Shown here in pieces: positions 50,062 to 61,300 of a DNA stretch of 64,000 bases. Position numbers and translations under genes: made by a program. Below the pieces are notes generated by a model. The model did not search any database. It saw only the letters and a program-made list of their open reading frames with translations, and was not told the DNA's origin. The stretch lies in the IMG/VR virus record IMGVR_UViG_3300030098_003782, positions 4,001-68,000 of that record; one strand, given 5' to 3'. Each line of letters begins with the position of its first letter. Position 1 is the stretch's first letter. The stretch comes from a virus.

Positions 50062-52746
50062 TTAATTTTTGAGATATCTTCTATATCTTAAAATATTCTC
50101 AGTTAATATTGCTAATCCTTTTGATTTATCATGAACTTCACCATCAATAATAACAGTATTATTTTCATAGTCAAATGTTACATTAGAGTATTCACTTGGA
50201 CTATATTGATCTAGCCTTTGTTGTATTCCAGAAATCCATTTTTTATTAACTTCAAATTCTGCACTTCCTAAGTATTCATTTAAAGCTGGTATACTAATTT
50301 GAGACGCATCAGCTAAGAAAGCTATAACATTACCTTCATCTTCACCACTTGTTATTTTAACTGGTATATAAAGTTGAGCTTCTCCCCCAACTTCCATATT
50401 GGTTATTCCTATTTGACTTGTTACAACTTCATATTCTCCTATATTATGTTCTTGAATACTTTTTGCACTAAATCCTGCATCAGTTTTACCATTAGCAGAT
50501 TGTAACATAAGTTGTGATGGAACAACGCCATCTTTAAAAAAGTTTTTTAGTGCTGCATTAACCTGTCCTGATGTTTCATATGTTGAACCAAAATTAGTCA
50601 TAATCATTGTTTCCATAGAAACAGGAGAATCATCAAATCTTCCTGCGAATGCATTTTCTGCTGTAGTTTTTTCGTTCTCTAACATTTCGTCAATAGCTTT
50701 TACAAAATCACCTGCTGCATCAGCCATTTGATTATTCCACATCTGTGCGTTCATAACTGTTTGAGCATCTAGTTTTTTATTTGGATCCACCTTTCTGAGT
50801 AAAGCGCCTGTTACTAGATTTGTTAAATAGAAATTATCCATACTTCCTACAGGAGATACTGCAGTTGGGCTACCTATATTCATTCCTTTAAGATCTAATA
50901 AACTAGTTATTGGTGTATCTGGATTCCATTCATTATACATATCTACTATATCTTGTCCTGTAAGTGAAAATTCTTGATTTGAGTGAAACCACGGATTTGC
51001 AGCAGTAAGTAATTGAAGTCCTCCACCTAAAAACCAATCATCTCCTCCAACAGCCATAAAATCTGTATTATTAATTTGCTCTCCTCTAAGTTCTACATAT
51101 TCATTATAACTTAAATTTGTATGATCTCCTACAGAAAGTTCAGGAAGTTTTATATTAATTTTTTGATTTGTTACATCATATAACTGCATATCACTAGCCA
51201 TACCATTTAATACGTCATGATATTTATTAATATCTAAACTATTAACATCAGCATAAGTATTTAAGTGTGTTTGACCAACTTCTCTTTTAAAGCGCATTTC
51301 TTCTGTATAATCTAAATACTCTGAATAAATACGATCTGAATATTTTTGATCACTTTCTCCATCTAGCCTTTCTGGAGCATTACCTGGTTTCCAGTCTAAA
51401 TATTCTAATATAGGAGCATTAGCATTTTGATATGCAGTTTTATATGCATTAAGATGCTTTTGAACTAATCCTATAACTTGAATATCAGATAAATTATCAA
51501 TATCTAATCCTTCTCCTTTTGTAGGAAGTTCATTACCAAGATTATCATATTTAATATCATCTGGATGAACATTTTCAGTCCATTGAATTTGCTTAAGATA
51601 ATTTCTTAAATTCTTTACATAATCACCTCTTTTTTCAACTGCATCATCATAGTCTAGAGATAAAGGTTTAACATGTACAACTTCACTATAAGAAATATCA
51701 TCTGTATTAAATTGAGAATTAATGTTCTTTAATTTAGTTTTTTCTTTCTCTTTCCACATTTCGTCATAACTTATCTGTCTTCCAGATGCTACTGTTCTCT
51801 TGCCTCCATAAGTACCTACAGCTAATTGAGTTTCTCTTGCTACAGCATTTTTATATAACAATTCTTGTAAAGCTTTTAAAGGCCCTATCTCGTCTACTCT
51901 AGGCATTATTTCATCTTCCTTAATATCTCCATTTTGAATTAGTTGATTAATAGAATGTAATGCAAGAGGTATACCCTCGCTATCTGTTTGAGCTAAATTA
52001 TATGTATTTAAATCTATCTCCTGAGCTAAAGAAGCTTGAACATCTGGATCAGACATAACATCATTAACAACCATTTGTATTAGTTCAGTAGGAATTTCAG
52101 ATGTTTTACTTGTAGTTCTAACCCAATATTTAGGTTCTCCTTTATCTCCTCTAGTAGTAGTAATTTCAAAATCTTCATTATAAGGAATATCAGTACCTAA
52201 ATTTTGACGAATAAAAGGTTTAACCGCTTTCATTCTTTCTACTACTTTTTCTGTAATATCTACATCATGAAAAAAGTTTCTACCATTATAAATAGAATTG
52301 TCTTGAAGTACACCATTTTCATCATACTGAATACCTTGATATAAATAATCAGATTGAGCTAATCTACCTTGATATGTATTTGCATTTATATCACCCTTAT
52401 CATAAGCTTTTTGAAGTCTTTCCATATAGTCTTGTCTGTTCTTAACACTTTGTGCTATAGGACTATATTCATTAGTAAATGCTCTAGCTCCTTTATTTAT
52501 GGCTATACCTAAAGTTTCATAATCTCCACGATTAGCCCAATTTTCTAACATTCCAGTATATTTTTGAGATAACTGATTTTTTAAGTGAGCATCTTTTTCT
52601 AAAGATTGCATTTGACCTACAGAATTAGAAAACTCATCAGCTGCAGAATATCCTTCTATGTATTGATTTCTTGCTAATTTAGCTAATTCTACTGTACCTA
52701 AATCTCTATAACTTGAGATTGGTTTTGGTATATTTATTCTTGCCAT
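50062..52746 (-). CDS. Putative internal virion protein
   Basis: 894-aa ORF in the cargo gene cluster. Confidence 0.55.
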   Translation of the reverse strand: MARINIPKPISSYRDLGTVELAKLARNQYIEGYSAADEFSNSVGQMQSLEKDAHLKNQLSQKYTGMLENWANRGDYETLGIAINKGARAFTNEYSPIAQSVKNRQDYMERLQKAYDKGDINANTYQGRLAQSDYLYQGIQYDENGVLQDNSIYNGRNFFHDVDITEKVVERMKAVKPFIRQNLGTDIPYNEDFEITTTRGDKGEPKYWVRTTSKTSEIPTELIQMVVNDVMSDPDVQASLAQEIDLNTYNLAQTDSEGIPLALHSINQLIQNGDIKEDEIMPRVDEIGPLKALQELLYKNAVARETQLAVGTYGGKRTVASGRQISYDEMWKEKEKTKLKNINSQFNTDDISYSEVVHVKPLSLDYDDAVEKRGDYVKNLRNYLKQIQWTENVHPDDIKYDNLGNELPTKGEGLDIDNLSDIQVIGLVQKHLNAYKTAYQNANAPILEYLDWKPGNAPERLDGESDQKYSDRIYSEYLDYTEEMRFKREVGQTHLNTYADVNSLDINKYHDVLNGMASDMQLYDVTNQKINIKLPELSVGDHTNLSYNEYVELRGEQINNTDFMAVGGDDWFLGGGLQLLTAANPWFHSNQEFSLTGQDIVDMYNEWNPDTPITSLLDLKGMNIGSPTAVSPVGSMDNFYLTNLVTGALLRKVDPNKKLDAQTVMNAQMWNNQMADAAGDFVKAIDEMLENEKTTAENAFAGRFDDSPVSMETMIMTNFGSTYETSGQVNAALKNFFKDGVVPSQLMLQSANGKTDAGFSAKSIQEHNIGEYEVVTSQIGITNMEVGGEAQLYIPVKITSGEDEGNVIAFLADASQISIPALNEYLGSAEFEVNKKWISGIQQRLDQYSPSEYSNVTFDYENNTVIIDGEVHDKSKGLAILTENILRYRRYLKN

Positions 52747-52759
52747 ATTTTATTTATTA

Positions 52760-55700
52760 TTAAAAGTATTTGGTTTGTCCCATTCCGTACATATTAGCAT
52801 AATTAGCTATATCTTCATTTGTACAATTTTCACAGAATAGTCTTCCATCCTGATGATATAAAGTCCCACCTAAGTGTCTTCTTAATAACATACGATTTGT
52901 AGTATTATCTATACTATATCCTTGAGCTTTTAAGGTATCTCCTTTATATCCTAAAACATCTCTAGTTAATTGTCCTATACCCTGAGCTGCAGAGAATATT
53001 CCTGAATACTTCATATATTCTTGATCATCTCTCCATTTATTTAAAGCTGCTGTATTAAAAGCTTGTACATCTTGTAGCCTCTTAGCTTCTTGTTGCTGTA
53101 ATTGCATATTTTGTGTCATCGCTTCTTGTTCTTGTCTTACATTAAAAAGCTCTGTTTGATTTTCAATTGCAACATTTTGATTTTCTATATTAGTGTTATA
53201 ATCTTTTTCTAACTTTGCAATCTCCATATCACCTTTATGCTTCTTGCCCCAGGTTGCCATTCTATTTATTAAATTGGCAGGACCTCCTCCAGACTGATCT
53301 ATAAAAGTATTCATAGCATTAAAATCAGCATCGTTTTTAGCTCTTTGCATATTTAAATTTATGTGATTTAATTTTTGAGCTCTTACTCTTTTTGGGACTA
53401 TAGGAGATGTAACTCCAGATTCAAAAGGAAGTGTTTCTGGTTTTGGTTGAGTATGAAGTAATGAATATGCTGCTGGTGCTAAATTGGCTAAAGCTCCCAT
53501 ACCAATAGCTACATCAGCTCCTCTATCGCCAGTTATACTTCTTTGCCACCATGGAAGTTGTTCTATTTCTTCTTTATTTACTAATGAATTATTAACAGTA
53601 GATACACCTGTACTACCATCTTCAAGTAAAGGACCAATAAATTGTTGATTAGGCCTTTGTATAAAATCAGGAATTCCATCATTATCTTCATCTGTTAAAG
53701 GAATTGGTTCTATATAAGATCCGGTAGGAACAAACCCTTCATCTATTCCTCCCATCAATTGATCCCATGCGGCTTGATGCTGTGGCCCCCATTGTGTAGT
53801 ATTATCCCAATTATAAGGTTTATATTTTCCACTTAACGGATCATATTGTGATCTATGCCATCTTTCATAATCTGCTCTAAATTCATCAAAACTAGAATAT
53901 CCTCTAGCATTTAATTCTTCTTCTGTAGGTTGCACATAAGTACCATAATTTTTCATAGCAGAGTATGAAGAATCAACATCACCTTCTGAGTATTTAAATT
54001 CAGGAGGATTTATATATCCTTTATCAGATAAATAGTTTTCAGCATCTATTGAAAAATAATCTCCTATTTGATTCCCATCTTCAAAATTAGTTGTAACATC
54101 ACCTTCTCGTGTAAATCCAGTAATTAAATTATAATCATTATCAACTGATTTATTATTATTAAATTTTCCAGCTATAAAATTTGGACCATAGTTTTTAACT
54201 CCTTCTGTTAAATTTATTTGACCATTATTATCAGATGTAAATTGTCCTGTATGAGTATATCCCCAATCAACAAATTCTTCTCCAGAATCCTCTGCTGCAT
54301 CTATATCGTTATAAGTAAATTCACCTGTTCCATGAGGCTTTCCATCTTTAAACTCTCCTTGGTACATTCCAATAATATAATCTGTACCTGCTGCAGGAAC
54401 AAACTCATGATCTAAAATCATTTCTCCAAGAGGGTCTTTTTCATCAGCATTTGGTGTCCAATATGTATACATAACTCCGCTACCATCTTGACAATTGCCA
54501 CTTATACATACAGTATATCCGTCACCCATTTCAGCATTAAATCCATAAGCTCTATCATAATCTTTTCTAAGCCCTATTGTTTCTTTTGGACCCTCTTCTT
54601 TTTCTTCTTTTTCTGGTTTTATTTCTTTATATTTACCATCTACAACTTGATAAAGATTTCCATTTTTTTCACTTTGATAATACCTGCCCTCTAAAGCATT
54701 TTTTATCTTTGGAGTACCTATAATTGGATTTTCTAAATTACTACCTAAACCTTCTAATATAGCATTATATTGAGCCATTGCTTCATTCCAACTTATACCT
54801 GCAGTTGCTGGATTAACCTTACCTTCACTTTTTTTGTCAGGATCTAAAGGATAATCAAATCTTTTTGGAATACTTGGATTTGCTATACCTCCATTTTCAT
54901 ACTTCATAAATCCTCCATGCTTAGCTTCTTGTACTTTATTAGGACTTCTACCAGCTGCTTTTTCTTGCATTCTTGCTAAGTAATTAATCTGCTCTTGATC
55001 TCCACCAGAAGCTAAAATTTGTTTATGCATATCAGCAAAAGACATACCTCCTTTCTTTAAATGTGAAGAAAAGAAATAATCTTTTGCTCCGCCATTTTTC
55101 ATAACTACTTTATCCATAGTTTCTCCATCTTCTACTTCAGTCATAGGATCTACTAAAATACCTCCTTGATCGTGAGTTTGACCAGTAAATTCTACTGCGT
55201 CTGATCCTGGTATAGTAGTCATCATACCTCCAGGTAGTTGTTGCATTTTTTGATATAAACTAGGATTAGACATATACATTCCTCCAGATGCCTGTTTTTG
55301 TCTAAGACCTCCATTTTGAAACCCAAATAAATATTCTGTAATACCCATATCAGGTAAATTAAACCATCCTCTTTTTCCTACTGAACTATAAGGTCCCTTT
55401 TTTGACTTTTTAGTTTTTTCAGTTTTATCTTCAGATTCAGGAATTTGAAAAGTATAAGAATCTTCAAATGACGGGCCTATCATCACAGATCTATTTGGAT
55501 TTTCTTTATAATTAAATTCAGATACAGCTTGATTATAATAGTCAGGAGTACCATGAACATCTGAAGATGTATTATAATAATCAGACCAATATTGACCAAT
55601 ACCTTCAACTGATGTTGGTGCTGCTGTAGGATCAAGCATATAATATAACCTAGCCGCTAAAACATTAGCTAACGGATTAGATCTAACCTGCTCTAAAGTC

Positions 55701-56020
55701 ATATTATTAAAGTCTATTCCAAATTTGTCTTTAACTTGTTGTAATTTTTTCTTATTTTTAGGATGAGATTTAACGTCTTTAATGGCGTTATATGCAGGTG
55801 GCATTATTTGCATATAGTTTGTACCTGCAGAAGGATTCCATCCTCCTGTAGATTCTGCTATAGCTGTATAAGTTAATAAATCTTTACCTCCATATTCATC
55901 AGAAACTTTTTGAATAGCATCAGCTAATTCAGGTTTTAAATCTCTATATGTAGTACTTTTTAATGGAATACCTTGAAAGTCATCCCAATATCCAGCATTT
56001 TGATATTTCTTTCTTAACAT
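52760..56020 (-). CDS. Modular virion protein: lytic-transglycosylase-like, THDQGG domain, MORN repeats, coiled coil
   Basis: AIAESTGG...YMQIMP...ANVLAARLYY; GQTHDQGG..EVEDGE; YQGEFKDGKPHGTGEFTY; DEDNDGIPD; several xxGG linkers. Confidence 0.65.
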   Translation of the reverse strand: MLRKKYQNAGYWDDFQGIPLKSTTYRDLKPELADAIQKVSDEYGGKDLLTYTAIAESTGGWNPSAGTNYMQIMPPAYNAIKDVKSHPKNKKKLQQVKDKFGIDFNNMTLEQVRSNPLANVLAARLYYMLDPTAAPTSVEGIGQYWSDYYNTSSDVHGTPDYYNQAVSEFNYKENPNRSVMIGPSFEDSYTFQIPESEDKTEKTKKSKKGPYSSVGKRGWFNLPDMGITEYLFGFQNGGLRQKQASGGMYMSNPSLYQKMQQLPGGMMTTIPGSDAVEFTGQTHDQGGILVDPMTEVEDGETMDKVVMKNGGAKDYFFSSHLKKGGMSFADMHKQILASGGDQEQINYLARMQEKAAGRSPNKVQEAKHGGFMKYENGGIANPSIPKRFDYPLDPDKKSEGKVNPATAGISWNEAMAQYNAILEGLGSNLENPIIGTPKIKNALEGRYYQSEKNGNLYQVVDGKYKEIKPEKEEKEEGPKETIGLRKDYDRAYGFNAEMGDGYTVCISGNCQDGSGVMYTYWTPNADEKDPLGEMILDHEFVPAAGTDYIIGMYQGEFKDGKPHGTGEFTYNDIDAAEDSGEEFVDWGYTHTGQFTSDNNGQINLTEGVKNYGPNFIAGKFNNNKSVDNDYNLITGFTREGDVTTNFEDGNQIGDYFSIDAENYLSDKGYINPPEFKYSEGDVDSSYSAMKNYGTYVQPTEEELNARGYSSFDEFRADYERWHRSQYDPLSGKYKPYNWDNTTQWGPQHQAAWDQLMGGIDEGFVPTGSYIEPIPLTDEDNDGIPDFIQRPNQQFIGPLLEDGSTGVSTVNNSLVNKEEIEQLPWWQRSITGDRGADVAIGMGALANLAPAAYSLLHTQPKPETLPFESGVTSPIVPKRVRAQKLNHINLNMQRAKNDADFNAMNTFIDQSGGGPANLINRMATWGKKHKGDMEIAKLEKDYNTNIENQNVAIENQTELFNVRQEQEAMTQNMQLQQQEAKRLQDVQAFNTAALNKWRDDQEYMKYSGIFSAAQGIGQLTRDVLGYKGDTLKAQGYSIDNTTNRMLLRRHLGGTLYHQDGRLFCENCTNEDIANYANMYGMGQTKYF

Positions 56021-56038
56021 AATTTTTATTTTTTTTAA

Positions 56039-58339
56039 TTAATATCCGTATCTTGGAACTCCTCTCATAAATCCTCCACCTCTATACATTACATTTCTAC
56101 CAAGATTTTGTCCAGATATTGTTTTTTGTGCTAAGTTACCAGCTGCAATATTAGCTAATTGAGAACCATATAAACCTCCCACTCTTTCATTTAAATCATA
56201 TATAGCTTCATTTCTATTAGCGGCCGCTTCTGATTCATAATCTCTCTGAGCTTGTGCAGCCTTTCTAGTACCAAATGCTTGTTTTCCATATCCCCACAAT
56301 GCTCCAAGTCCAGCTCCAATTGCTGTACCAGGTCCTGGAAATAAAGATCCAATTGTAGCTCCAGTTCCAGCAGATTGTAATACAGATCCTGTATATTCTC
56401 CAAAATTAGATTTAGTTGGATCATCATCGTCAGCTAATGCACTAACTCCCATTCCTGCTAATGAAGCAATAGTACCTAATCCTGCTCCTGATTGTGCAAA
56501 TGATTTTAATCCTGCACCAATAGCGCTACCCCCAACTTCAGACCCTATAGCAGCAGCATCAGCAGCTGTAGAAGCCGCAGTAGGTGCCGCATATGGTACT
56601 CCTTTAAAAGCCATTTGTGATCCCTTAGCAGTTAATTCAGCACCTTTAGCAGCTGCTTCTGTTGCAGCCCCTGCTACTCCTGGAGCTAATGCTCCTCCAG
56701 CTTTGCTTAACTCAGCACCTTTAGCCATTAAATTAGCTGCTCTAACAGTTTTATAAGCATCTACTCCACCAGCTATAGCTGAACCAAGTGTTGATGCTTC
56801 ATGTTCAGGAAATAATGTACTACCTATTCCTCTAGCCAAAGTGTTTGCAGTTCCTTCTACTTGTGAAGCAGCAGTTCCTGCCATTGCTTCTGCTTGCATA
56901 GCTTCTTGTTCCGCTAGTGCTTCGTCTTGTATTCTCTGTTGTTCAGTTGACTGTCTTAATCCAGTTGCTTCTTGTGACAGTGATTGTCCTACAGTTCCTA
57001 ATTGTTGTAGTCTTTGTGCTTGTATATTAGGATCTGTTTCTTCTCCAACAATTGTAGATGTATATCCTAATTGAGGAGCAGTACCTTGTCCTGCACCCGA
57101 TAATGTATTGTCATACATTCCTCCTGTCTCTCTTCTAAATGGACCTTCTGGACCCTTTTGAGTTCTTCCACTAAGAGGTATATTAACACCCCATCCTCCA
57201 GTCCACCCTGCAGCATCTTTTCCTACATTCATTGAAAATGGACCATAATTTACGCTTCCACCATAACTTGTTCCTGGAGAAAAAGATTTTTCAGTTCCGT
57301 ATCCAATATTTCCTCTAATTCCCCAATTTGAATTTTGAGGGTAATATCCTAATCCTGCCTGTACATGACCGTATCCTCCTTTATTTAGACCAGTTTCTAA
57401 TGTATTAAATACATCTCCCGTTTTAGTATTATAATAATTATTACTCCCTTTTAACAAGGATCCTATTTCTCCTTCGATTCCTCCTACGAGACTACCACTT
57501 TTATTTAAAGGATGTTGATAAGCGTAATTAAGTCCTAGAGTTGTTCTGTTTTTATCCAAAGCTGTTCCTTCATTTACTCCAGAACCTGCTTTATCACGTA
57601 TATTACCTCTATACATCATACTACTAGTAAGACTTGGGCTTATACTAAAACTACCTCTACTACCTTCAAGCCCAGATAATTCATAATCAGTATCTGGACC
57701 TGTCCTTAAGAATGCTGGACTGTAATTAGCATTTAGAGTAGTACCTTGTCCTATACCAAAATTACCACTAAGACTAGGATTAAAAAAATCTGCTTGTCTA
57801 TTTCTAATTGCTATAGGCTCATCTAACCAGTTTTGATATCTATTAAAATGTCGTGATCCAGGCTCATAGCCAAATGGATTATTTTTGTTTAAATCTATTA
57901 CTTTAGGATCAGGTTTAAATCCTGCATTTTGATATTTTTTAGTACCCCCATATCTGTATTGCATAGGTCTAATACCTCCTGTTTTTAAAGATCCTCTAGG
58001 AACAGTTCCCTTTACTGGAGGCAAACCTTTAACTCTTTGACCTTTTTTGTACCCATCTGTACCGTCACTTATATAGTAAGTTCCTATTTGAACTTGTTGC
58101 ATAGATCCAGAAGGTGTTGATCCAGATTGATCTGGAACAAGATGTATAATTTTTCCTATTCTAGTATTTTCATCTACCTCTTGAAGTTTAACTTCTCCAT
58201 CAATTCCACTAATAAATTCTTGTAAATCTGGGGTATTAGCAGAATTTAGAATCATGTCCCACAGACTCTTTGTTTTTCCACCATTTTGATATAATTTTGT
58301 TTTCATTTTATTTATATGTTTTACGTACTGCTGCTTCAC
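56039..58339 (-). CDS. Modular virion/ejection protein with beta-rich module and Gly-zipper membrane segment
   Basis: Linkers YQNGG, KTGG, YRYGG, KYQNAG, RETGG; AGTGATIGSLFPGPGTAIGAGLGALWG. Confidence 0.6.
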   Translation of the reverse strand: MKQQYVKHINKMKTKLYQNGGKTKSLWDMILNSANTPDLQEFISGIDGEVKLQEVDENTRIGKIIHLVPDQSGSTPSGSMQQVQIGTYYISDGTDGYKKGQRVKGLPPVKGTVPRGSLKTGGIRPMQYRYGGTKKYQNAGFKPDPKVIDLNKNNPFGYEPGSRHFNRYQNWLDEPIAIRNRQADFFNPSLSGNFGIGQGTTLNANYSPAFLRTGPDTDYELSGLEGSRGSFSISPSLTSSMMYRGNIRDKAGSGVNEGTALDKNRTTLGLNYAYQHPLNKSGSLVGGIEGEIGSLLKGSNNYYNTKTGDVFNTLETGLNKGGYGHVQAGLGYYPQNSNWGIRGNIGYGTEKSFSPGTSYGGSVNYGPFSMNVGKDAAGWTGGWGVNIPLSGRTQKGPEGPFRRETGGMYDNTLSGAGQGTAPQLGYTSTIVGEETDPNIQAQRLQQLGTVGQSLSQEATGLRQSTEQQRIQDEALAEQEAMQAEAMAGTAASQVEGTANTLARGIGSTLFPEHEASTLGSAIAGGVDAYKTVRAANLMAKGAELSKAGGALAPGVAGAATEAAAKGAELTAKGSQMAFKGVPYAAPTAASTAADAAAIGSEVGGSAIGAGLKSFAQSGAGLGTIASLAGMGVSALADDDDPTKSNFGEYTGSVLQSAGTGATIGSLFPGPGTAIGAGLGALWGYGKQAFGTRKAAQAQRDYESEAAANRNEAIYDLNERVGGLYGSQLANIAAGNLAQKTISGQNLGRNVMYRGGGFMRGVPRYGY

Positions 58340-61300
58340 CAGAGTACAAATTTAGTAAATTATTGCTTATGTTGTTATAAATTAGACGAATTCCTGCCCA
58401 TTTATCTATAAATTTTCTTCTATTTTGCCATTCTTTAGCTGTATCTATGTAAGATGGATTTATAATTTCACTCATTCCATCAACAATAAACATATTATTT
58501 GTAGAAGAAGTTGTTATAGTTCCTGTATTAATTCCTCCTATTATATTAGGATTTGTTATAGTTCCTGCCATATAATAAGAACTTGTATCTATAGCTATTG
58601 CTGCCATGTCTCTAAAATTATTTACTTTCCAATTATTACCTACTCTTCTAATATTAACTAAATATTCAAGAGCAGTTGGAGCTACAGCTCTACTACCATC
58701 CAATTCTCCTGCAGATATTTGTAAAGTATTATATACAAAGAAAGAAGTAAATCCGTGTTCTAGTACACTAATATTTTGAGGATTAAAAGTTTCTAAAGTA
58801 TAGTTGAAACTTGCTAATAATGTATCTTCTTCTCTATATTCATTATGTATATATTCTATTTCAAATGGAGATACTTCTCCATAAAAATTTCCTCTTGAAT
58901 CTGAATTATGCTTCCAAATATAATTAGACTGGTCAGTAATAGAATAAAAATCTTTTGATGTATTAAAGTATATATATGGAGTATAATCATGGAATCCACA
59001 CCACACATTAAATTCTGGATAGTAAGATATAGTCCATCCTTTAGGAGTAAAATACGTATCATCATCCCAATCAAGAGGATCAAATGTAAATGTATTAGGT
59101 CCTCCAGGATTATCATTAACAATTACAGTTACATATTGACCAACATCACAATCAAAAAATATTTCACCTCCTTGCCATGTTGATCCAGCTTGTGCTATTG
59201 TTGATAAATACTCATTCCATCCAGTAATAAAATCAGATGTAGGTATAAGATCTTTTTTAGTTAATATAATTCTTTTAAATTTAGGATCATATATTGCTGT
59301 AAGCCCAAGACCTATTACAGGATTATCAAATATTATACTAATACATGAAGCATTAAAACTATATGCTTCTAACGCAAATGTTAAGTTATTTTCAAACCAA
59401 TTTTCCATTCCTGCAGTACTAATTTCATTTAGCTTATCTTTCATTAAAAATACTTTTTTAGCATTTCTATCTATAAAGAAATATCCATAATTAGTAGTTG
59501 CTGTTGCCCACTGAGATTGTGTACCTCCATATCCCTTATCTGTTTGCATTATTTCATCTGGATCCTGCTGGAATATATCTCCACTACCTACAAAAGCTTC
59601 AGTACCGTCTTTCATTTGCATTTGCTGTTTACCTTTGGTAACATACAAACTTTCTTCCATATGGAAATATAATAAATTATTAAAAGAAGATAGTTTCCAC
59701 AACTCCCCTCTATTTTTTGGAGCATCTTTAAATTCATTTGCTAAGAATAATCTATAGTTATCTGTTAAACTAGTAGTATCTCTTTTAACACTTCTATGTG
59801 CTCTTGTAGGAAATTCAGTCTGTTCAATTTCTTTTAACGGTAATGGAAAAGCTGGTCTTAAATCATTTTCAGCTGAAAAACTATCATCATAATTTAAATT
59901 ATCTTGATGTGTAAAATCATCTTCTCCATTAGCTTGTATCATTCTTTTAGCTATAGATCCTGGAAAATATAAATCTTTATCGCTTTCAGTATGTCTAAAA
60001 TTAATATTATCAGTGCTTTCTACTATATGATAATATATAGCTCTTCTAGGATGTGAATCTTCATCTGTATTATTATGTTGTATTGTAGATCTAAATCCGT
60101 ATCTACATATATAAGTATCTCCCCCAAATATTCCTTCAGAATTTATTCTTTCAGTACTAAAATTAGCTGAACCTCCGTCATAAGAGGCAGGATCACCATT
60201 TGATTTAAATATAAAATTATTTAATTCATCACCTAAAACCTCAAATCCTGTCCACACTAACTCTTGATTATCTATAGATTTATAAACGTCAGTTTTAAAA
60301 GCATGTAAATTTGCCATTATAGATTGGCTTCTTCTTTGGTTTACTTCTTCATCAGAATTATACGCATAATTAATATAAGGATCATTATCATTTAATAAAG
60401 GATTTGTCAATATCCAAGGATGATTTAAATGTGAATGCCCCCAAGTACCTAGTACATCACTACTTAACCCAGAAACACCGGCATCTCCACCTCTATAATT
60501 AAACATATTATAATTTAATATTTCATGATTATCTTTTAGACCTAATATAATAGCACTTTCTCCAAATTCATTAGCTACTTTACCTCCAAACCCTAAAGCT
60601 GATACTTCAAATATACTATCCCCAGGAATATATGATTTTGCTTTTTGTCCAAGAAGTCTAGGAGCTGCTTTATGGTGTACTATATCATTAGTAGACTCAT
60701 CAAAATATTTTAAAGAATTACAAGCTGTGTAAAAACATCCTGAAAACATAGCAGACTTTATATCTCTTGCATAACAATTATATGGTTCATCCCATCCCCA
60801 AAATTGTTCTATCTTTTTTATAGGCTCACTATAATTTCCTCCTCCATCATCTTCAATAATTTTAGATAACATTTTTTTAGGTTGATATAAAGTAGGTCCA
60901 TTCCAAGCAAAATTTCTAACCCAATATTCAGGTTTTATATGAGTTGCTCCAGCTAAACTATTTTGTGTTCTTAATAAATTAAAATCATGAAATGAAAATG
61001 ATTTATATCCTTTTTCACCATGTAAAGCATCGTCCCAAAGATCAGTATTAGGATTATAATTATACATACTAGGGTATACAGGATAATGGTGATATGCTCT
61101 AGGCCAAGAGTCTTTACTCCATATATTTTGTCTTTTAGCCATTGCTGCACTAAGTATCTGAGCAGAATCTGCATTACTAGCAGCTACATCACATAAACCT
61201 AATTGAACTGTTTCTGGAAACATGGGTAATATAAGGCTTTGTCCTAAAATTCTTTTATCTTCATGTTTTCTTTTAGCTCTATATATTCTAAACCCTTGAA

